64,000 nucleotides of DNA, from assembly GCA_003507445.1 (NCBI GenBank), contig DNVR01000004.1:28243-92242 (forward strand). The letters are read 5' to 3'. Shown piece after piece: positions 56,015 through 64,000 of the stretch; position 1 is the stretch's first letter, and the number at the start of each line of letters is the position of its first letter. A program made the position numbers and the translations under genes. This DNA is from Candidatus Moraniibacteriota bacterium. GTDB taxonomy: Bacteria; Patescibacteriota; Minisyncoccia; Moranbacterales; GWC2-37-73. Under the pieces are notes generated by a model. That model was given only the letters and a program-made list of their open reading frames with translations, was not told where the DNA came from and searched no databases.

Positions 56015-59000
56015 TTAATAATTTATTTTAATAATACCTTTTTCTGTTAGTATACTCGGAATTATCATTCCTGTCATTTTTTTCCAAACTGGACGACGGT
56101 CGGCATTGTCATCCCTATCATCATCACCAATTTCATTTGGTTTTTCCATAAACCAAGTTTGATTTTTGTTTGGAAAATAATGAGATTCCAATGACATTGA
56201 CTCGGTGCTCAAATGTGAAGCAAAGAGCAAAAACTTTTTTCTTCTCCAATCTTGCAACCACTTGTATTGCAAATTTCCATTAGAAATTTCTGTCTTGTTT
56301 CCATCGTATGAAATTGAAGAAAGTGACAAATCAATTCTCCTGCTTTTGTCCTTTTTCTTTTCCCAAACAATTTCAGTCTTGTGCCCTGCCTCATCTGTCA
56401 AAGTTGCAGTGTCAATGATTTTCTTTTCTTTTTTCTTTTGAAGCCATCCCCAATTCCAAAATTTGTTTTTCTTGCTACTTTGCTTATTATCAATAAAAAC
56501 AATCTGCTCTTTTATTTCAACTGAAACATTTTGAGAAAGATTGTCGCTTCCAATAACATCAAGTTCTTGAGTTTTTGCATTGAAAATAAGTTTGGCTTCG
56601 GGTGCAGTTTTATCTATCTTAACTGCAACTTTTTGAGCTTCTTCAGTATTTCCTTGTTTATCAGTAGAAAAATATTGAATTTCAAAAACACCTTCTGCAG
56701 TTAAAGTGATAGAATCCGAATATACCTTCCAAGTTTTGCCATCATCCAATGAAAATTCCGTTTTTTCAAGACCACTACCTTCATCATTGTCTTTTGCAGA
56801 CAGTGAAATTTTGACATCACTTATATACCAATCATTGTTTCCATGTGTGCCTTCAATGGAACTTGTAGTAACAGGAGGAGATTGATCAAGAGTCACAATC
56901 TCTCCAATTTTCGGTTTCAAATCAAAATCAATAGTACCATTTCCATCTTCATCAATTTCAAGATTTGAAGCGCTTTGCAGATCATCTGCAACATTAAAGG
57001 TTACTTTTGTTTCAGGAGTTACTGGCATATCTTTAAATGTCACTTTACCCAGACTCTCATCACCCCTAAATTCTTCAACCGCAAATGTGAAAGTTCCCGT
57101 GTCATAACCTTTCATTTTTATTTTGCTTGAAATATTTTCGTTTGTGAAAATATATTTTACATCCCCAAATTGTTTGAAATATGTTCCGGGGATTTGCTCT
57201 TTAATTTCTCCATCAGGATTTATGCCAGTGCAATTTTCTTCATTATCATTATCACACAATTCGAATGATAGCGGCGAATGGAGAGAATATTGAAGACGTT
57301 TCTCATCTGACGCTGATGGAACTTCTGACGAAAAATATTCATAATCAGAAATTGGCTTGGCTTTGTTACCAATATTATCTGCGATAAAAGAATTGAGTTC
57401 TGGAATTTCAAGAATATTGGCATGTTCAGCATTTCTTAATAAAAAAATATTATAAGAATCGAGATCAAACCAATATTTCTCCACACCACTCATCCACAAT
57501 GCACTTGGCGTGACCACTGTTCCATCGCCATCAATTGTAAATTTGAAATCAGGATCCAAAACATCAGCCCCGCTGAAACAAGAGCCAGCATCACAATATC
57601 GTGTTTTCTCGACACTATAATCAATGCCACTAAGCGTAGCTGGCACGCCCCAACCTGCAATCTGAATAACCTTCACTCCTTCAGGAACATTCCAAGAATC
57701 CAAACTATTATGCGTATTTTTCGAATTTTCCAACAAATTAACATTTGATCTGGCAGGAATATCAACATCAGAATTTACTGCAAGAACTTTACGAAAATCA
57801 TCTCTTAAAAAGTCCATCAACCCTTCATTGGAATTAATTTCGCCACTATAATTATCTTTCAAATCAGAAAGCAAACCGGTATTAAATTTAACGACTGGCG
57901 TTTGAACTTTTGAAAAATATTCATTTGAAGGCAACAGATTGTACGCCCCTGGCATATTTTCTCCCAAACTTCTTGCTGTTTTGGTGCTTAATACTGGAAA
58001 CAAATTTTGTTTCTCCCCGTGAAGAAGAGCGGCAATTGCTGCTGGCGTGCCGACCTGAGGCACTGCCACGAAAATTATTTTGTCCACAAGATTTTTTGCT
58101 TCCTCACTTCCCAGTTTTTGCATCAGGGCTTTTGCAACCAATCCCCCATTTGAATGCGCCACAATGGTCACTTTTCCTGTTTTGGATGATGACGCCAAGC
58201 GTCTGAGTTCAGAAATTGTATACGGGGAATCAGTTTCCTTATTATATGAAATATTATCGCCATCTTTTTTACCGCTTGTCAAAACATCATTAAGCGAAAG
58301 TCGCCAATCATACGGAGCAGCAATCCAATCATTAATCATCTTGTCTTTGTTTTTCAAATCATTCATTTTTGCAATAAAAGATTTGTAATAATTTATTTGT
58401 CCCACAGGAAGAATATTAGTTTCGTCCAATACATCGCGTGTGTAGATGTCATATTCGTCAGTACTTTCTCCTTCCTTGTTCAAAAAAAGTTTTTCGACAT
58501 CAGCATTGCGATTTGGCTCCCACAATTGATTCTCACAATTTACCAGCAAACAACTTGGATCATCTTTGGCATAAAGTCGGCTCGCCTTAAGACCCGGCAA
58601 AAACAAAACGTTGGATGCATAATCAACGCCGAATTTGGATGGGCTAAATCCATTCAAAACATAATCCCCTTTAATAATTTCTCCACCTATATCATAATTA
58701 GGTTTTTGTCTTGGTCCAACGGAATTGCCATACCAATTATTTTCCAATTTGGCTATATTTTTATTATGAATATATTCTTTCGTATTTATATCATATCTAC
58801 TTGATGAAGAAATCAAAGCAGTATTTTGAAGATTACCCTCAAAATTGGAGCTCACAATTTCAATCAAATCTCCACGATTATTCTCGTAATAATAATTACC
58901 AACAACCACGTCAGCATATTTGTTATTCAAAAAATCGGAATTTTCTATCCGCACTTTTCCACTTCCAAACTCCACTGCAGGATTTTCTCTTATTATTCGT

Positions 59001-59563
59001 GGTGCTTCCTGTGCTTTGGCAGTTTGAACAAAAGATTTAAAAATATTGAAAGATGTTACACTGGAACAAATTTCAATATCCTCATAATCATACGACCCCA
59101 TATTCTCAATTTTCACATAATTAAAAATTGAGGATTCATTACCTTCATAAAATGACTCGTCGTAAAAACCCACCACTCCACGTGGAGCTGAGGTACAAAA
59201 TTCATAATACATTTTTTCATTTTCAGAATATTGGGAATAATCAGGATTAGCTTTCGTAAATATAATCGGCTCATCTTTGGTTCCTTGAGCCACAATTCTT
59301 CCATACAAGACTTCCAAATCCAAAATCTCCACGCGTGTACCTTTTTCAATCGTAACAGTAGCGCCATCAACAATCACAACTGGTTTCCATATATCATTAT
59401 ATGTAACAGTTCCTCGCCAAGTCACATCTTCATTAATAACAATATAGTTGTCATAATCATCCCAAATATTATCCTCCGAAATTGGAAAATTAGCACTAGC
59501 ACATCTTGGGAAAAAAGCTGAAACAACCAGCACAACAAAAACATACTGTAATATTTTTATCAT
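56015..59563 (-). CDS. giant secreted protein with alpha/beta-hydrolase (lipase/LCAT/PGAP1-like GxSxG) domain and beta-rich flanking domains
   Basis: 1182 aa with a signal peptide MIKILQYVFVVLVVSAFFPRCASA. The central VTIVAHSNGGLVAKAL is a nucleophile elbow (AHSxGG). Long beta-rich N-terminal and C-terminal regions flank it. Confidence 0.6.
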   Translation of the reverse strand: MIKILQYVFVVLVVSAFFPRCASANFPISEDNIWDDYDNYIVINEDVTWRGTVTYNDIWKPVVIVDGATVTIEKGTRVEILDLEVLYGRIVAQGTKDEPIIFTKANPDYSQYSENEKMYYEFCTSAPRGVVGFYDESFYEGNESSIFNYVKIENMGSYDYEDIEICSSVTSFNIFKSFVQTAKAQEAPRIIRENPAVEFGSGKVRIENSDFLNNKYADVVVGNYYYENNRGDLIEIVSSNFEGNLQNTALISSSSRYDINTKEYIHNKNIAKLENNWYGNSVGPRQKPNYDIGGEIIKGDYVLNGFSPSKFGVDYASNVLFLPGLKASRLYAKDDPSCLLVNCENQLWEPNRNADVEKLFLNKEGESTDEYDIYTRDVLDETNILPVGQINYYKSFIAKMNDLKNKDKMINDWIAAPYDWRLSLNDVLTSGKKDGDNISYNKETDSPYTISELRRLASSSKTGKVTIVAHSNGGLVAKALMQKLGSEEAKNLVDKIIFVAVPQVGTPAAIAALLHGEKQNLFPVLSTKTARSLGENMPGAYNLLPSNEYFSKVQTPVVKFNTGLLSDLKDNYSGEINSNEGLMDFLRDDFRKVLAVNSDVDIPARSNVNLLENSKNTHNSLDSWNVPEGVKVIQIAGWGVPATLSGIDYSVEKTRYCDAGSCFSGADVLDPDFKFTIDGDGTVVTPSALWMSGVEKYWFDLDSYNIFLLRNAEHANILEIPELNSFIADNIGNKAKPISDYEYFSSEVPSASDEKRLQYSLHSPLSFELCDNDNEENCTGINPDGEIKEQIPGTYFKQFGDVKYIFTNENISSKIKMKGYDTGTFTFAVEEFRGDESLGKVTFKDMPVTPETKVTFNVADDLQSASNLEIDEDGNGTIDFDLKPKIGEIVTLDQSPPVTTSSIEGTHGNNDWYISDVKISLSAKDNDEGSGLEKTEFSLDDGKTWKVYSDSITLTAEGVFEIQYFSTDKQGNTEEAQKVAVKIDKTAPEAKLIFNAKTQELDVIGSDNLSQNVSVEIKEQIVFIDNKQSSKKNKFWNWGWLQKKKEKKIIDTATLTDEAGHKTEIVWEKKKDKSRRIDLSLSSISYDGNKTEISNGNLQYKWLQDWRRKKFLLFASHLSTESMSLESHYFPNKNQTWFMEKPNEIGDDDRDDNADRRPVWKKMTGMIIPSILTEKGIIKINY

Positions 59564-59608
59564 ATTTGTTTATTTAAATATATTATTATTAATTTTATTG
59601 ATATTATA

Positions 59609-59652
59609 CCAACAAACAAAAAGTTCGTAAAGTTATAAACCTTACGAACTTT
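59609..59652 (-). terminator. rho-independent terminator for wzm
   Basis: Plus strand reads aagttcgtaaag ttataaac cttacgaactt (12/11-bp stem). On the minus strand it is followed by TTTTTGTTTGTT, 25 nt after the wzm stop. Confidence 0.6.
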
Positions 59653-59675
59653 TTAACTTTCGACTTTTGACTGTT

Positions 59676-60452
59676 TTAGATTTCTTCCGCAACCTTGGGA
59701 ATAAATTTTCGATATGAAAATATGCTTAGGGCGAAAGCGCCAAAAACGATGGCGATGAACACGGTGTATTGCGAAAGGCTGGCGAAATGATTGTTGATGA
59801 GTGATTCCTTGGTAAAGTGAATAATAAATGCCAAGGGATTAAGTAGAATAAATTTATGATATGCTGCCGGCAAAGTTACTAAGGGATAAATAATCGGCGA
59901 CGCGTACAAAATTATCATCAATAAAACTTCCCAAATCATCGCCAGGTCGCGAAATTTAACATACAGCGGTGCAGTGATGAGTGAAAAAGAAAGAACGATA
60001 ATATATATGAAAACAGAAAACATTAAAAACAAAAGAACTGCTGGAATGCTCGGCATGAAACCTTTAAGCGCAAAGAAAAAAACAATCACAACAAGGTTCA
60101 TCAAAAATATCAAAGTTGCATTAATTGTAGAAGCAATAATAATCGTCCAACGTGGCACATAAATTTTGGTCACAAGTTGAGCTTTTGATAAAAGTGAACT
60201 CATTCCTGCTGTCGTTCCTTCAGAGAAAAAATAAAACATCATAAGCGCAACCAACAACTGCAACGAATATGTGCTCATTCCGGTTCCACGAGGATTAAAC
60301 ATTGAAGAAAAAACAAAATTCATCACCGCAAAAGTAAGCAATGGCTTGAGCAGCGCCCACAAATATCCCAAAACACTTCCGTGATAACGAAGTTTAAAAT
60401 CAGTTTTCGCTAAAGCCCAAATCAGCTCCTTATAATTTTCGTGTTGTTTCAT
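59676..60452 (-). CDS. wzm: ABC-2 type polysaccharide/teichoic-acid export permease (Wzm/TagG-like)
   Basis: 258 aa with 6 TM helices. The N-terminus ELIWALAKTDFKLRYHGSVLGYLWALLKPLL is the canonical ABC-2 permease start. Confidence 0.8.
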   Translation of the reverse strand: MKQHENYKELIWALAKTDFKLRYHGSVLGYLWALLKPLLTFAVMNFVFSSMFNPRGTGMSTYSLQLLVALMMFYFFSEGTTAGMSSLLSKAQLVTKIYVPRWTIIIASTINATLIFLMNLVVIVFFFALKGFMPSIPAVLLFLMFSVFIYIIVLSFSLITAPLYVKFRDLAMIWEVLLMIILYASPIIYPLVTLPAAYHKFILLNPLAFIIHFTKESLINNHFASLSQYTVFIAIVFGAFALSIFSYRKFIPKVAEEI

Positions 60453-60503
60453 ATGATGTATGTATTTTACTTTATAAACTTTATGAACTTGTAACTTTAT
60501 AAC

Positions 60504-61460
60504 TTAATAAAGATTTTTGTTTTCTTGATACCAAGCGATAAATCGCTCCATCCCTTCTTCAATTTTTACTTTTGGATCATAGCCGAGAAGTTTTCGGGAT
60601 TTTGTGAGGTCAGCGTTGGTAATTAAAACATCTCCTGGTTGCATTGGATATTCCTTAATGTTAGCCTTTTTGCCAAGAATTTTTTCTACTGTGGAGATAA
60701 AATAACTAAGATCAACGGTGTTAGAATTTCCAAGGTTAAAAATTTCATATCCAAAAATCTTATCGACTGCAGCCACTACCCCATCAACCAAATCATCAAT
60801 AAAAGTATAATCTCTTCGAGTTGAACCATCCCCAAAACGCTTAACCTCAAAGCCTTCGTCAATCAATTTTGTGGCTAAAAATGGAAACATATCAGGCCGT
60901 CCACCGGGCCCGTAGACCGTAAAGGGACGTACGACATTTACGTTGAGGTCATATAAATGGTGGTATGTGTACCCTAGAAGCTCTGTGGCCTTCTTGGTGG
61001 CTGCATAGGGTGAAATGGGACAATCTACCACCTCATTTTCGGAAAATGGCACTTTTGAAGAGTTTCCATACACCGAAGACGAACTGAATAACACAAAATT
61101 TTCAATCTTAAATTCCTTAGCTAAATGCAAAAGATTAAGCGTGCCTTTCACATTTGTGTCTTCATATATGAAAGGATTTTCAATGCTTGGACGCACTCCA
61201 GCTCTGGCTGCTGCATGCACGACTCGCTGGATATTTTCTTTTTCAAAAACAGATTTTAAAAATTCATAGTCCGTGATACTTCCACGATATAATGAATAAT
61301 TTGGATTATCTGCAAATTGAGCAACATTAAGCTCTTTTATTTTTGGAGAATAATAATCATTAAATTCATCGACGCAGACAACAGAGTCTCCGCGCTCTAA
61401 TAATTTTTTTGTAACATTGCTGCCAATAAAGCCAGCGCCACCAGTAACTAGAATTCGCAT
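60504..61460 (-). CDS. UDP-glucuronate 4-epimerase-like NAD-dependent epimerase (extended SDR)
   Basis: 318 aa with MRILVTGGAGFIGSN and SPYAATKKATE (YxxxK). Overall it resembles Cap1J/WbpP/GalE-type epimerases, and ugd is in the same window. Confidence 0.7.
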   Translation of the reverse strand: MRILVTGGAGFIGSNVTKKLLERGDSVVCVDEFNDYYSPKIKELNVAQFADNPNYSLYRGSITDYEFLKSVFEKENIQRVVHAAARAGVRPSIENPFIYEDTNVKGTLNLLHLAKEFKIENFVLFSSSSVYGNSSKVPFSENEVVDCPISPYAATKKATELLGYTYHHLYDLNVNVVRPFTVYGPGGRPDMFPFLATKLIDEGFEVKRFGDGSTRRDYTFIDDLVDGVVAAVDKIFGYEIFNLGNSNTVDLSYFISTVEKILGKKANIKEYPMQPGDVLITNADLTKSRKLLGYDPKVKIEEGMERFIAWYQENKNLY

Positions 61461-61579
61461 ACTGCAATTTTAAATTTTAAATTTGAAATTTTAAATCAAT
61501 TTTTAAATTCTAAATAAATAATTTTTAAACATTTTTTATTCAGATTTCATTTCAAATTTTAAATTTAGCCTTTAAAATT

Positions 61580-62776
61580 TTAATCCTTCTTTTGTAACTT
61601 GGATCTTAAATAATCATAATATTCCTCACTATGACTATTTTTTGTTGTGTAATCACACAAGGCTTTTTCGCGGGCTTTTTCCCCCATTGATTTTCGCAGC
61701 TCTGAATTTTCAATTAACGTGGAAAGTTTTTCTATCCACTCTTCTTTGTGATCAGCTAGAAAACCATTCTCTCCATCATTAATTGCTCCAGAAAAAGTTT
61801 GGTTACGTAAGGCAACCACTGGAACTTCCAAGAGTCCCGCTTCAGAGAATTTCAATTCTGATTTTCCAACACTAAATTCATCTTTCTCTAGAGGCGCCAA
61901 AATAATATCGCAATAAAAAATATTTTCAAAATGTTTTTTTCGAGGAACAAAGGTGCAACGAATAATTCTTCTGGCAAATTTTGCAAATTTTTCTTCCAAT
62001 TCCAGGGGTCCAGCTAAAAATATTTCAACTTGTGGATATTTTTCCAAAATTTCAACCAAAGCATCGGAAATCGTGGCAAAATCTTTATTATGTCCAATAG
62101 TGCCGCTAAAATATCCAATACGAATTTTACTTCTTTGGTTTTTTTCCTGTCTGTTATTTTGCAAAAGATGATCTGCGATATCTAGCCACTGATTGGAAAG
62201 CTTATTAGTTGTAACAAAAACTTTTTTTCCATATTCTTCCAGCTTTGAAGCTATAAATTTTGTGCTAGTTGTACAAACCTTCACATACGAGTCCATCAAA
62301 ATTTCTTCTCCAATGCCTTTTTTATATTGTTTCTTTTCAAAAAAAGACATGTTTTTATAATGATCAGTTTGATGTACATATTTTATATCAAAAACCATAT
62401 CATCGGTATCAAAAATAATTTCCTTCTGCTGCTTTTTTATATTTTTGATTAATTTAGCAATTGCCGATGTATGCAGCGTACGGCTAAAAATAAAAATTTT
62501 AAATTTTTTGTAAAAACTTGGAAGAAACGGATTGTCCTGCATAGTGACAGATACATTAAAACCGTGCGTTCGGAGCTCCTCGGCTTGATTGTGCGCACGA
62601 TAAAGAGCGCTATCACCCACCCCAGCAGTAATAAAAAGAATATCACCAGATTTAACACTGAGAATATTTTTTATATATGCCTGAAGAAAATCCAAAATTC
62701 TTTTTCCACCTCTCAATATTCCATCCCGCTGAATTGTTTTAAAAGCTTTTCCAGCTTTAATAAGTAATAATTTCAT
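61580..62776 (-). CDS. GT4-family glycosyltransferase
   Basis: 398 aa. The C-terminal EKDEFSVGKSELKFSEAGLLEVPVVA resembles the GT4 E-x7-E region. Confidence 0.6.
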   Translation of the reverse strand: MKLLLIKAGKAFKTIQRDGILRGGKRILDFLQAYIKNILSVKSGDILFITAGVGDSALYRAHNQAEELRTHGFNVSVTMQDNPFLPSFYKKFKIFIFSRTLHTSAIAKLIKNIKKQQKEIIFDTDDMVFDIKYVHQTDHYKNMSFFEKKQYKKGIGEEILMDSYVKVCTTSTKFIASKLEEYGKKVFVTTNKLSNQWLDIADHLLQNNRQEKNQRSKIRIGYFSGTIGHNKDFATISDALVEILEKYPQVEIFLAGPLELEEKFAKFARRIIRCTFVPRKKHFENIFYCDIILAPLEKDEFSVGKSELKFSEAGLLEVPVVALRNQTFSGAINDGENGFLADHKEEWIEKLSTLIENSELRKSMGEKAREKALCDYTTKNSHSEEYYDYLRSKLQKKD

Positions 62777-62791
62777 ATAACTTTGTATTTT

Positions 62792-62882
62792 ATCATCCTC
62801 AGCTTGCCGTGCCCGCCTCTGGAGGGACTGAGGATCCAGAGTGGTGCCTAGCCCTGGATTCCCGTTTTCACGGGAATGACAT
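62792..62882. repeat. GC-rich nested-hairpin element (near-identical to 32893-32985)
   Basis: atcatcctcagcttgccgtgcccgcctctggagggactgaggatccagagtggtgcctagccctggattcccgttttcacgggaatgacat, located between two GT4 genes. Confidence 0.55.
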
Positions 62883-62915
62883 GCTATGCATATTCTGTTA
62901 ATTTAGCTTAACAAA

Positions 62916-64000
62916 CTATTTCATTAAATCGTTTTTCAAATATATTTCTTCGATTTTTTGTGCTGAAATATCCCAGCTGAATTTTTTTATCTGTTCTCTA
63001 TTTAATTGTCCTTTGAATGCAATCTTTTGTGACTCGCTTGCAAGTGAGAGAATGCTGTCGGCTAAATTTTGAGAAGAAATTTCTTTTGAATATTCTCCGC
63101 CTTCACCCAAGTATGCTCGATTATTTGGACGATCAAAACAAACCACACCAAGACCTGCTGCCATATATTGCAAAATTTTTCCACTAGCTTGAAGCGTCAT
63201 TGAGTCTTTTGGATCTACGCCAATATCACTAGCCATTAACACCTTTGGCAAATCAAAATAGTTGAGCGGGCTTATTATACGCACATCTTCTGATAATCTA
63301 TTTACTTTCACAAATTTTGTCACATCCTCAACTGGAAATCCCGCAATTACAAAATATACATTGCCATTTTTTTCAAGCACTTTTGGAATCGCATCCATCA
63401 AATATTCAATGCCTTTGTTGAAAATCAGTGCTCCGGTATACGTTATGATTGTTTTTTCAGCTGGTAATTCAAATTCGCGCTTAAGCTGCTCTTTATTTGA
63501 AAAATTTTCGTAGCAAGCAAGATTGACGCCATCTAAAACAGTTGCCACGCTGTGATCTGCACGAATTTTTGAAATATCTTTAGTGTTTTCCTCGCTGCTT
63601 GAAAATGCAGCGTCTCCCAAATTATCAATCCATTTTTCAATTTCAAAAAATATTTTTTTGAGAATTCCACCTTTCAGATAACTATGCGATGCCATTTCTT
63701 TGGTAAGACTTCCGTGAAAATCTGCGACCAATTTCATTTTTCTCCAAAAAAGAGCTTTTTTCACAATCCAACCAATCAAAACTCCTTCGTGCAAATGCCC
63801 GTGAATAACATCCGGCTTTTGAGTGCGCGCCAAATAAAAGGCTTTTCGAATAAGCATAATATCAAGAAAAATCTTTTGCCAATCAGGTCCTGCTTCCAAT
63901 TTTTTATACCAAAAAAGAAGCCTCCTGATGCGACGAACGTCAATGTTGGTTTCGACATCCGAATGAATATCCCTTCCAATATGATACGTTGCTATCGTAA
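62916..64000 (-). CDS. GT4-family glycosyltransferase (5' end beyond window)
   Basis: The frame stays open upstream of the track start (63899) to the window edge (…TIATYHIGRDIHSDVETN…). DVIHGHLHEG and ASGKILQYMAAGLGVVCFD are present. The gene is partial. Confidence 0.6.
   Translation of the reverse strand, partial: TIATYHIGRDIHSDVETNIDVRRIRRLLFWYKKLEAGPDWQKIFLDIMLIRKAFYLARTQKPDVIHGHLHEGVLIGWIVKKALFWRKMKLVADFHGSLTKEMASHSYLKGGILKKIFFEIEKWIDNLGDAAFSSSEENTKDISKIRADHSVATVLDGVNLACYENFSNKEQLKREFELPAEKTIITYTGALIFNKGIEYLMDAIPKVLEKNGNVYFVIAGFPVEDVTKFVKVNRLSEDVRIISPLNYFDLPKVLMASDIGVDPKDSMTLQASGKILQYMAAGLGVVCFDRPNNRAYLGEGGEYSKEISSQNLADSILSLASESQKIAFKGQLNREQIKKFSWDISAQKIEEIYLKNDLMK

Noticed and set aside
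1-64000. Search by eye for rRNA, tRNA, tmRNA, RNase P or SRP RNA signatures (GGTTCGAATCC T-loops, P4 helix motifs, tag-peptide frames) in all ORF-poor regions.
   Set aside because: I found no convincing match. The structured regions do not fit these families as far as I can judge without covariance models.

Overview
This is an AT-rich bacterial window (roughly 30-33% GC by eye), gene-dense on both strands. I recognised no rRNA, tRNA, CRISPR array, integrase or transposase. Most of it is one very large cell-surface glycan / envelope-glycosylation locus. It holds at least 8 polytopic GT-C-fold membrane glycosyltransferases (ArnT/PMT-like GT39/GT83 paralogs, a DUF2142-like one, a YfhO-like one). 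It also holds about 5 GT4 genes and 4 GT2 genes, including two DPM1/ArnC-type polyprenyl-phosphate sugar synthases and a 1027-aa GT2-GT2-GT4 fusion. Export machinery is a Wzx-type flippase plus a Wzm/Wzt ABC exporter. Nucleotide-sugar enzymes are Ugd, a UDP-GlcA 4-epimerase-like SDR, a CapD/PglF-like 4,6-dehydratase, a DegT aminotransferase and a small SDR. A TagF-like polyol-phosphate transferase sits with a nucleotidyltransferase/HAD-IIA fusion and an ATP-grasp/HAD fusion. Two SMR/EamA-like 4-TM flippase candidates and DUF2304 are present. The most notable feature is a prs / UbiA-like / HAD cassette predicted to make a polyprenyl-phospho-ribose donor. That is the PRPP-dependent route known for decaprenyl-phospho-arabinose in Corynebacteriales, and here it sits next to GT-C enzymes. 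Other content is an RtcB-like ligase, a Tmk-like kinase with in-frame simple repeats, SpoIID, two metallophosphoesterases and two basic low-complexity secreted proteins. A GC-richer two-gene cassette sits behind a perfect-consensus promoter. A Fic plus four-helix-bundle (Avd-like) insertion with a relic wzt fragment separates wzt from wzm by about 6.8 kb. A 1182-aa secreted alpha/beta-hydrolase protein lies in that insertion. A 2-kb island rich in noncoding repeats carries a convergent pair of paralogous coiled-coil genes. Several families of GC-rich and AT-rich palindromic intergenic repeat elements recur across the window. The gene content and composition fit a CPR/Patescibacteria-like or other AT-rich uncultivated lineage, but that is inference only.
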